IMG/VR virus record: IMGVR_UViG_3300024265_000033 | Location: 57,066-121,065 of that record | Origin: a virus | DNA length: 64,000 bases | Reading direction: 5' to 3' (one strand) | In this document: one piece after another, positions 9,663-17,312 of the stretch | How the letters are laid out: every line of letters starts with the position of its first letter | Numbering within the stretch: position 1 is the stretch's first letter | Program-made: the position numbers and the translations under genes | Notes under the pieces: model-generated | Databases searched by the model: none | Seen by the model: only the letters and a program-made list of their open reading frames with translations | Told to the model about the DNA's origin: nothing

Positions 9663-10522
9663 TCCTTAAATTCCATTCCCTTGGCCGTAATGTCAATCAC
9701 TGTCGTTTTTGCCAGCCCGGTGGAATCTTCTACTAAATGGTTCTTATATAAAGTCCATTGAACTCTAGCTCCGATCCGTTTCTTCTTACCGCCTACTGTA
9801 GTTTCTATCCAAGCTTTACGAGAAGTCTGATAGGTTAGACTTGAGAAGAAATCTACTGCATTTCCGCCAGCATTTGATTTGCCGGGAGAGCCTAAGTTGT
9901 TGTAAGTTTGATTGATGACCAAGATGTGAACTTTGTCCTTCAATAATTTAGGGACAATCCTACGAAAGCCTCGCTTATTGATCTTAGCTGCGAGTCCTAA
10001 CTGGAGGGTATCGTCCACTTCAGATTCTACCTCTTTGATGGACGGAGTGTTGCCCAGCGAGTCAAAGATAACGAGGATTTTACCATCCGGGTCCGCATCT
10101 TTAATGGCGTTCCACCAATGGTCTATGCCATCATAAGCTTCTTCTAAATATTCTGGCTGAACCCGAGCCACATCGTCAGGATTCACTCCCCAAGATTCAA
10201 GTCGTGCTCGCGTGGTCTTCTTCTCTGTGTCTACTAGAATAACGTAGACGCCCTGTTCTAAGGCGCATCTCATAGCTTCGATTGTGGCTGAGGTCTTTCC
10301 CGAGTCTGTGTTGCCCGCGATCATGTGGACATACCCGAAGGGTAGGCCCTTAGTGCTCGCCATCTTTTGCCACCATTCCGGCATGATTACGAAATCGGAG
10401 TCTTCTGTAGGCGTAGTGAGTTCCGCGCCAGTTGAGATAGTTTTAGCCTTTTCCGCATCCTTAAAGGTCTTGCGGATCTTATCTGCCAAAGCTCCCATGC
10501 TGATTTTTTTCTTCTCGCTCAT
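9659..10522 (-). CDS. recA: RecA/UvsX-like recombinase
   Basis: Walker A GNTDSGKT, VDTE, IFDSL, INQ, GGNAVDF; lacks the C-terminal domain. Confidence 0.88.
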   Translation of the reverse strand: MSEKKKISMGALADKIRKTFKDAEKAKTISTGAELTTPTEDSDFVIMPEWWQKMASTKGLPFGYVHMIAGNTDSGKTSATIEAMRCALEQGVYVILVDTEKKTTRARLESWGVNPDDVARVQPEYLEEAYDGIDHWWNAIKDADPDGKILVIFDSLGNTPSIKEVESEVDDTLQLGLAAKINKRGFRRIVPKLLKDKVHILVINQTYNNLGSPGKSNAGGNAVDFFSSLTYQTSRKAWIETTVGGKKKRIGARVQWTLYKNHLVEDSTGLAKTTVIDITAKGMEFKE

Positions 10523-10726
10523 TCTTCTACCTCAATATCTAAATCGCTTAATATGTCATCCACAATCTTATTTGCACTTTTCTTATATATTCTATGAATT
10601 TCCAAGCTATTAAAGCCTTTAGTGCAGTCAAAACCAAAATCCTTCAGGAGAGTTTCAAATCCTACCTCTGCTCTGGCGTACAATCCATTGTAATCACTTA
10701 TGCTGATTTTTTTCTTCTCGCTCATT
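10497..10726. repeat. 27-bp exact direct repeat (10497-10523 and 10700-10726)
   Basis: ATGCTGATTTTTTTCTTCTCGCTCATT twice; encodes identical MSEKKKIS starts of two adjacent genes. Confidence 0.9.
10519..10725 (-). CDS. hypothetical protein (68 aa) sharing N-terminus with RecA
   Basis: ORF with SD; MSEKKKIS start. Confidence 0.65.
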   Translation of the reverse strand: MSEKKKISISDYNGLYARAEVGFETLLKDFGFDCTKGFNSLEIHRIYKKSANKIVDDILSDLDIEVEE

Positions 10727-10740
10727 TAGCCTCTCCTATT

Positions 10741-10899
10741 TCAGTAACTCTTGTGCTTCTCTAAATAATAAAAGAAGCTTAAACTAAGTATTCCAAAAAT
10801 AATACCAGTAAATGTGAAGCCGCTGGCAAATGCTACCATAGTTAAGGGTATAGTGCCGCAAATCAGTCCGCCACTTAGGGGGTATAGCCAATCCTTCAC
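10741..10899 (-). CDS. small two-TM membrane protein (52 aa)
   Basis: Hand-translated MKDWLYPLSGGLICGTIPLTMVAFASGFTFTGIIFGILSLSFFYYLEKHKSY; GTG start after AGGAG. Confidence 0.55.
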   Translation of the reverse strand: MKDWLYPLSGGLICGTIPLTMVAFASGFTFTGIIFGILSLSFFYYLEKHKSY

Positions 10900-11286
10900 T
10901 TAATCTCCTTTTGAAATCTGCCTATAAAATATATGAGCGTTCTCGAAGATCTTCAGATTGGCTTTGAGGAAATCAATGCGAGCACCTGACAGCTCTAGAG
11001 CTTCCCTAGCTTCTCTATAATCTTTCATAGCTTTCGCGTTCATTTTCTTTTCTGTAACTGTCTTACCCGGAGCTTCGTTAACACAATCCGCTTCCACTAC
11101 GTCAATCAGAGTCTGAAACCCGATCTTTTGCTCATCAAGGGAGAGCTTGACTGTCAATATGTTATGGCTAAGAGCTAGGAATTTAGGTGCGAGTTCTTCT
11201 GCTTCATGAATCTTCACATTCTTTGAAGGAAGCATCTCGATATGTTCGCTGATTAGTTTTTGAATGTCTTGGAAATCCATTTTCAT
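10900..11286 (-). CDS. helical protein, possible UvsY-like recombination mediator
   Basis: Size and helical character; first gene of the recA-sbcDC operon. Confidence 0.45.
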   Translation of the reverse strand: MKMDFQDIQKLISEHIEMLPSKNVKIHEAEELAPKFLALSHNILTVKLSLDEQKIGFQTLIDVVEADCVNEAPGKTVTEKKMNAKAMKDYREAREALELSGARIDFLKANLKIFENAHIFYRQISKGD

Positions 11287-11303
11287 CCTCCCGGGTAATA
11301 ACA

Positions 11304-11332
11304 ATAGTACCTCCTTTGCCGCGTAAAGTCAA
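11304..11332 (-). promoter_or_regulatory. sigma70-like promoter TTGACT-N17-TACTAT
   Basis: Consensus spacing; upstream of recombination operon. Confidence 0.65.
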
Positions 11333-11333
11333 T

Positions 11334-12308
11334 CTAAAAACTCAAGTTGACATTAAAGAAGTAATTTACTCCACTTTTAGTCCAACCCATTCCCGGCCCA
11401 ATATAAGTATTGGTTAGGATCGAGGGGAAAGGTCTATATGAAAAAGGCATAAGGTGTAGTCCGGGTTCCGCGAAATCCGTATCTACATCAAATCCTAGAT
11501 GTACAAACTTCCAAGTCAAATCATTTCTTGATTTACCGTATCCGCTTGTACTAAAATTTATGGCGGGCCTCATGAAGGCTCCACTTATATTGGCTCCGAC
11601 ATTGAACCCGCCATTAATATGAGGTGCCCAAAGTAGGAACCGCTCACGCACATCCGGTCGTGTCGGATCTATGTAAGCTACCCCGTCTACAATAGGCAAC
11701 GGATATGGTACATCTTTCCACTTTTTCAAGTCGGGTCGCCTCTTCTTAGCCAGTCCGTTTTCCTTGGCTATAAAATAGGCTTTAGAATATACCTTTACCC
11801 TTCCCGTTTTCTCATCAATAGTCTGTAGATTTTTGACGTGAATCTCAAATTCATAGTTTCTCTTATATGTTCGGCCATCGTGCTTGATAAGGATGTATCC
11901 AATGGGAGGGCTGTCTTCTCCCGCAATCCGTAGCTCGTTGAGTACATAATTTCGGGTACCTCTTTTTGTTTGGAAATAGTAGTCCGGTCCATCTTGCTTT
12001 TGGACATGTTTTCCAATGAGATACGTTGCGTCGGATAATAGCTTGATGCGCTCATCTTTGGATCTAGACACTTCAGCCCAATCCCGCTTAGCTCGCTTGT
12101 GTAAATCTTTTTGTCCTTGATAATCTGATTCAAGCTTTGCAGTATATTTGGTGAGTTGCTCATATTTTTCCTTCGTCCCTATTAAATCTGCGTACTTACG
12201 CTTTTCTGTGGCATCTCTGTATGCTGAATATGCGAAAAAGCCTATACCAAGGACTGTGGCCATGACGAGAAGTTGTCCTATGTATTTTTCGAATATCTTT
12301 TTTATCAT
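11334..12308 (-). CDS. membrane-anchored coiled-coil protein with beta-strand-rich C-terminus (spanin candidate)
   Basis: N-terminal TM, coiled coil, terminal YFFNVNLSF beta-signal-like motif. Confidence 0.5.
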   Translation of the reverse strand: MIKKIFEKYIGQLLVMATVLGIGFFAYSAYRDATEKRKYADLIGTKEKYEQLTKYTAKLESDYQGQKDLHKRAKRDWAEVSRSKDERIKLLSDATYLIGKHVQKQDGPDYYFQTKRGTRNYVLNELRIAGEDSPPIGYILIKHDGRTYKRNYEFEIHVKNLQTIDEKTGRVKVYSKAYFIAKENGLAKKRRPDLKKWKDVPYPLPIVDGVAYIDPTRPDVRERFLLWAPHINGGFNVGANISGAFMRPAINFSTSGYGKSRNDLTWKFVHLGFDVDTDFAEPGLHLMPFSYRPFPSILTNTYIGPGMGWTKSGVNYFFNVNLSF

Positions 12309-12547
12309 TTTTTGAACGCCTCAATCAATCTCTTGCCTTGATACCCGAGTACAGCCACAGTTAATGCCGTGAGGTCCTCAAACGTCGTGACTGGAGTCAT
12401 GGCGATCTTGACTAGAATAAGCATCATGGCAATATTGGTCAACGATACCAGATTGTTAGAATCATTGATACGCAAATACTGCATGACCTTCTTTGCGCCT
12501 TTGAAAATACCCTTTGCTTGTGCGTTGATTTTATTCGTTAGGCTCAT
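12305..12547 (-). CDS. holin-like small membrane protein
   Basis: 80 aa, two hydrophobic segments, basic termini. Confidence 0.5.
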   Translation of the reverse strand: MSLTNKINAQAKGIFKGAKKVMQYLRINDSNNLVSLTNIAMMLILVKIAMTPVTTFEDLTALTVAVLGYQGKRLIEAFKK

Positions 12548-13548
12548 TAAAACTCCCCGTCAACTATATTCAGGAAGTTCTCTCGCACCATTAGGGCTGC
12601 GCTTTGTCCTACATATTTAGTCACTTTCTTCCGGTCTGTTTTCTCCAGCGTGTCGAAAAACTCCTGCTCTTCTTTCAAGAAGTCCTCGATGATGTCCTTG
12701 GAAAACAGTCCCATAATCTTACCGAAATCCTTTTGTGTGACCTCTCCTATCTTGGAGAGGACGTTGCGGAGCCTGTTTTTAGTGATAAAAAGATTGGCTT
12801 TCATGAGAGCGATTGTGGCTGCCTCGCTGAGAGGCTCTGGAGGAGCTTTAGTCTTACGCGTTCCGCCGTCACCTGTCTTCTCTTTGAACTTGGCGTTTTT
12901 GTTCTTCAAAATCAGACGCTCCTGAGAAAATAGGAAGAGCGGCACAATAGGACGAATCACTACACCCTCACACATATTGCCTTCAATTTCCGGTAGGCCC
13001 AACTTAGCTGGGATTGTAGTCTGAAACTCATTAGAATACGCTAGACACTCTTCCAGAGAGCCTGTGAGTAATGTTTCGCTGTAAGGAATACCCGCTTCTT
13101 CGCATAAAGCATTTACATGCTCCACGGAGAGATACTTCCCATCCACTTTGATATCAAAGGCTACGAACTCTTGGCCGGGAGCATAGAAAACTCCCGATTG
13201 TACTTTTGATTGATCCACATTAGGTACATCCTTGTGTGGATAGATCCCTCCGTAGAGTTCGCCGAATACTGCGACTTCATCTGCGCCCGTGACTGCCAAG
13301 ATATTCAGTACGCTCTGTCCGTATTTCTTTATGATAGTGTCATAACAAAAGAACTTCTCGTCATCTTTTATAAAACCGGTGCGTTTTGCTGCCCGGATAC
13401 CTTCTACACTGGCCCATAGGCTGAAATTGGAGCCGTGGATCTTTTCTTGTACGACGAAGGTTTGCTTGGCATGACCCTCCTCTGTAATTCGGTTGACGAA
13501 TTTGTCCCGGTACGAATTTTCAATGCTACTGTATTTTTTGAATTCCAT
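12547..13548 (-). CDS. rnl2: RNA ligase 2 family
   Basis: EKIHGSNF (motif I), GELYG, FDI, EGVVIR, LKNK; C-terminal NRLRNVLSKIG domain. Confidence 0.92.
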   Translation of the reverse strand: MEFKKYSSIENSYRDKFVNRITEEGHAKQTFVVQEKIHGSNFSLWASVEGIRAAKRTGFIKDDEKFFCYDTIIKKYGQSVLNILAVTGADEVAVFGELYGGIYPHKDVPNVDQSKVQSGVFYAPGQEFVAFDIKVDGKYLSVEHVNALCEEAGIPYSETLLTGSLEECLAYSNEFQTTIPAKLGLPEIEGNMCEGVVIRPIVPLFLFSQERLILKNKNAKFKEKTGDGGTRKTKAPPEPLSEAATIALMKANLFITKNRLRNVLSKIGEVTQKDFGKIMGLFSKDIIEDFLKEEQEFFDTLEKTDRKKVTKYVGQSAALMVRENFLNIVDGEF

Positions 13549-13727
13549 TATTTAGCTCTTTCTTCTGCGCAAGTTTTGTTACATTCTTCCAAGGTGTCAC
13601 AAATAGCTAGAACATCAACTCCGTAGCTACATACAAATTTAGGTTCATATTTACTGCAAAAAGCTCCCTCTTTTACTGTATAACTGCAGCCAGTTAAAAA
13701 AAGAAGTAATATCAATGCTTTCTTCAC
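13548..13727 (-). CDS. small Cys-rich lipoprotein (59 aa)
   Basis: Hand-translated MKKALILLLFLTGC-SYTVKEGAFCSKYEPKFVCSYGVDVLAICDTLEECNKTCAEERAK; lipobox LTGC; overlaps both neighbours. Confidence 0.7.
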   Translation of the reverse strand: MKKALILLLFLTGCSYTVKEGAFCSKYEPKFVCSYGVDVLAICDTLEECNKTCAEERAK

Positions 13728-14386
13728 GCTGTTTTTCTTTTAGCTAACACGTCTTCGAACGCTGCGAGCACTCTAGCTTCAAGCTCTGCCATCGTGCCGT
13801 TGTTGTCAATCCGCTGGCACTTCTCGCCAATCTCAAGCACATACTTTTCAGAAGCATGTGGGTTATCGCCTAGCTGGGCTTCAGCTCCGTAGTTGTGAAC
13901 GAAGAACGGAAAGAATTCGGCTTCTGTGTTCTCAGCAAAGAAGTTGTACTCATTCCAAAAGCGCATGTCAGTCACCACAAAGATACCATCTTCTGGCAAA
14001 TCAAGGGTAGCTCCGAGGCAATGAACTTGCTCTTCCACATTCCTAAGGACTTCCGTGCCGACATATTGAGCCGCTTCCCTTGGGGTGTGTAACACTTTAC
14101 CGATGTGCGGTCGGATATGGGCATCAAAATTAGGCTTGAGGCCAAAAGATTCAATAAGTTCAACGGTGTTGATGGAATCTAAATTGATAAGGTTTTCAAG
14201 TTCCTTTTCCTTCACGGCAGGATCGTCCAGAGAAGCCCGGGGGATTCCCAAGACCTTGGAACAAGTATCTTTGAGTCGGGCAGCCAGAGTGACTTCCACT
14301 ACCGAAGGGAATGCCTTCTTGATAATCTCAAATGATGTTGTTTTACCTGATCCTTTTACTCCAGTTAGTCCGATGAATGTCCTCAT
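13724..14386 (-). CDS. deoxynucleoside monophosphate kinase
   Basis: GVKGSGKTT, PREAAQYVGTE, VTDMRFWNE, HASE, IDNNG. Confidence 0.88.
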   Translation of the reverse strand: MRTFIGLTGVKGSGKTTSFEIIKKAFPSVVEVTLAARLKDTCSKVLGIPRASLDDPAVKEKELENLINLDSINTVELIESFGLKPNFDAHIRPHIGKVLHTPREAAQYVGTEVLRNVEEQVHCLGATLDLPEDGIFVVTDMRFWNEYNFFAENTEAEFFPFFVHNYGAEAQLGDNPHASEKYVLEIGEKCQRIDNNGTMAELEARVLAAFEDVLAKRKTA

Positions 14387-14622
14387 TTAATTTCTCCTTT
14401 ATCTACTAATTTAACGCCTTTAATTATAGTCGTAACTTTTACGGGTACCATTTTGAATAATGCCCCCTCTTCCTTTTCGTCAGAAACAATCGCCCTTTTA
14501 TCGTTCATCAAATAGAAAGTAACTTCGTCAGTTTCGTCATTGTATTCGCACACATAAGGAATATAATTTCCAGTGGCATCTACTAGTCTTTTGTTATCCG
14601 CGTTTTGGGGGTTATAAATCAT
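14383..14622 (-). CDS. hypothetical protein
   Basis: ORF overlapping both neighbours. Confidence 0.6.
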   Translation of the reverse strand: MIYNPQNADNKRLVDATGNYIPYVCEYNDETDEVTFYLMNDKRAIVSDEKEEGALFKMVPVKVTTIIKGVKLVDKGEIK

Positions 14623-17312
14623 TTCGAATCCTTTAAGTTGTCACAAATAATAGGGTCGGCAATCATTGGAATGTCAATTCTTTTAGCAAAATCATTGTCT
14701 TCCATACCTACTTTCAACAAGCCTGCTCCAAATTCCGACTGATCTTCTCGGACATAAGCCGTGATCTCGTCATGAATTTGCAAACAAACATACCCATCAA
14801 TTTTATTCTGCACGAAAAATCTCGTGGTGTCAAGCATTCCTTTATTGGTAATATGCCCACCCAGACCTTGAATGGGTACGTTCTTGGCATTGTTGAGTTC
14901 ATTCTTGTACAAACTTCTCAAGTATGCCCAGCCGCCCTTTTCTTCAATTTGGTTCAAGAACATGTCAAATTTCTTTGCGAAATCCTTTAGGCCCTCTTCG
15001 TCCAGCTCTATTAGAAGGGGAGCGGAGGGGCTCATGCATTCGAGATCTTTTTTCTTGGCATCTAGAAAGGTTTCCATAGCAATTCCGCGCTCATCTAGAA
15101 GACCTTGAATGAAAGGAGCCCATCTATAATGTCGGCGACGACCTATAATATTTTCGACGTAGCCTTTCGTGACACAGTCTAGTTCTTGCCTTTCCATATA
15201 TTTTCGCAAATCCGGATAAGCGTTCAAATAATTTTCACGCCATGCCCATCCACGTTCGACGTCAAGAACTTCTTTTTCTTTCTTGGTCTTTCTGTCGATA
15301 TACTTTTTCTTAAATCCCATGAGGTTAGCCACTTGAGGTCCCCGCGCTCCGTAGGGAATACCTAAAACGACGGGCTTCACACTTTGTCTAAGTTCGGGGT
15401 TTATCTTCTTCAAAAAATTAGGGGCGTTGGGGTCCGGAGAATACTTGCCTTCCGTGTCCTCAACGTCGCAATAAACCTTAGAATACATATCAAGGTTCTT
15501 GTGGTAGATATCCTTCAATCCTTTGTCCCCACTGACAAATGCGAAACACCTTGGTTCGAGTGAAGAGTAATCGGCGTTGACAATCTTGTAGCCTTCTGGA
15601 GCCACAAATCCTTGCTTGACGACCGAATAACAAATGATGTTCTTTTTCACATGCTTACAGTCTCCGCAGATCATAGTCACTAAGATGTTGCCCTGATAGC
15701 TGAGGGATACCTTCTTGGAATCGCACTTGGAGCAGGACCCTAGTTCCTCAACCTTAGGTAGGGTCTGTAGGTTGAATCCTCCTCGACATGAGAACCGTCC
15801 TGAGGTAGTTCCGGCCTGATCCATGTTCATGTGTAGCCAGCCGTTGTTGTGTAGCGTGACGGCCAAGTTAATGTACTTTGAGAGCAAGTCTCTGAGCTTC
15901 CTAAACAGCATTACTTCTTCAATGAAGTCGTACTTCCCTAAGAAAAATTCTTCTAATACCTCAGCCTTCATGGAAGGAATAGGATTCTCTGGAGTGGCTG
16001 AGTCTGTTTGAGGTAGGCTCTTCTTCTCTACTCCCAGCTTATCGCACATCAGCCAGCGCATATGGGCATCTGAGTATGCATTAAACCTGTAGCGACGTCC
16101 CTCTACTGCAGCATAGAGTTCATCCTTGATCTTCTTCAGCCGCTTAGAAGAGTATTTGATCTCTCCTTCGCCTAGGATATAGTCCCATAGCCAGTGTGGC
16201 TGCTCTTTCTGAGCTACCTTGACGGCAGGCTTTGAGATCGAATTAGTAGTCACCTCTTCGGGCTTACCTTTGTATTTTGTAATCGTAGGGTATTCTAGGC
16301 CTTCTAGTTCGATTATCTTGGAGATCAGCCGCTTCTTAGAGATTGCCTCTTCCATTGATTTACCGACGCTGAAGTCGTCTAGCTTATCCCCCAGCCTTTT
16401 GATAACCGAGTCTTCAAACTTATCTGCCCGAGCTTTGACTTCTTTCTGGAGTTTTTCGAAATAATCTACATCGATCTTAACCCCCCCGAACTGCATAGGT
16501 ATTACTACTTCTCTGCAAAGGGGCATGATTTCGTCTTCAAAGAAAAGCTGGAAGTGTTTCTCATCGTATTCAGATTCGAGCTTTTGCATACCTACTTCAA
16601 ACAATCCGTAAGTAAGGGCCGTATCTTTACAAGCGTACTTAGAAACGATACTAGGCTCGCCTCTCCAGACGTGGCCTTTCTTCCCTCCATTGTTAATAAC
16701 GGATTCGATCATTTCGAGTTGCTCTTCATTGGCTGCACGGGTCATGTCGATACCGAGTTCTTTTTGCCACAATACTGCCGTGTCCTTTAGGCCTGTTTTC
16801 GTGGACTCGTCGATGAAGTGCTTGAGCAGTCGGGTATCGCAGAACAAATGATTCCCTAGATAGATGCCCATATTGTAGGCGACCATATTACAGTCAAATG
16901 GCGCATTGTGCATCAAGAGCCCATTGTGGCTAGTCAACCATCGGGCCATATATTTCTTGATGAAGTCCGGGGCTTGATATTGCTGTGGAGTAACTTTCTC
17001 GTGGTATTCTTTGCCAGTCCAAGCATCTACGAACCAACCATCTGTAATGATCTGACGCTTTACCTTATCGATTGATCTTTCTTTTTCAGAAGCGGGATCT
17101 GGATGCCATTCTAAGAGTGGAATATACCAACCATTTTTGGCACTCGTGGAGATAGAAAATCCAATAATTACGTTCCTGAAAAAATGCAGGCCGTTTGTCT
17201 CTGTATCAAATGCCATCAAATCAAACTTGGGCTTCAAATCTTTATCGAGTAGCTCTTTGTCTAGGGCTTCTAATTTGGCTTTGGTATCTACATGTACAAA
17301 TTCAGTCTTCAT
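14619..17312 (-). CDS. polA: family A DNA polymerase with 3'-5' exonuclease
   Basis: DTET, HNAPFD, YACKD exo motifs; TSGRFS, DYSSLEPR (A), RQSVKPVVLGIPYG (B), QIHDE (C). Confidence 0.95.
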   Translation of the reverse strand: MKTEFVHVDTKAKLEALDKELLDKDLKPKFDLMAFDTETNGLHFFRNVIIGFSISTSAKNGWYIPLLEWHPDPASEKERSIDKVKRQIITDGWFVDAWTGKEYHEKVTPQQYQAPDFIKKYMARWLTSHNGLLMHNAPFDCNMVAYNMGIYLGNHLFCDTRLLKHFIDESTKTGLKDTAVLWQKELGIDMTRAANEEQLEMIESVINNGGKKGHVWRGEPSIVSKYACKDTALTYGLFEVGMQKLESEYDEKHFQLFFEDEIMPLCREVVIPMQFGGVKIDVDYFEKLQKEVKARADKFEDSVIKRLGDKLDDFSVGKSMEEAISKKRLISKIIELEGLEYPTITKYKGKPEEVTTNSISKPAVKVAQKEQPHWLWDYILGEGEIKYSSKRLKKIKDELYAAVEGRRYRFNAYSDAHMRWLMCDKLGVEKKSLPQTDSATPENPIPSMKAEVLEEFFLGKYDFIEEVMLFRKLRDLLSKYINLAVTLHNNGWLHMNMDQAGTTSGRFSCRGGFNLQTLPKVEELGSCSKCDSKKVSLSYQGNILVTMICGDCKHVKKNIICYSVVKQGFVAPEGYKIVNADYSSLEPRCFAFVSGDKGLKDIYHKNLDMYSKVYCDVEDTEGKYSPDPNAPNFLKKINPELRQSVKPVVLGIPYGARGPQVANLMGFKKKYIDRKTKKEKEVLDVERGWAWRENYLNAYPDLRKYMERQELDCVTKGYVENIIGRRRHYRWAPFIQGLLDERGIAMETFLDAKKKDLECMSPSAPLLIELDEEGLKDFAKKFDMFLNQIEEKGGWAYLRSLYKNELNNAKNVPIQGLGGHITNKGMLDTTRFFVQNKIDGYVCLQIHDEITAYVREDQSEFGAGLLKVGMEDNDFAKRIDIPMIADPIICDNLKDSK

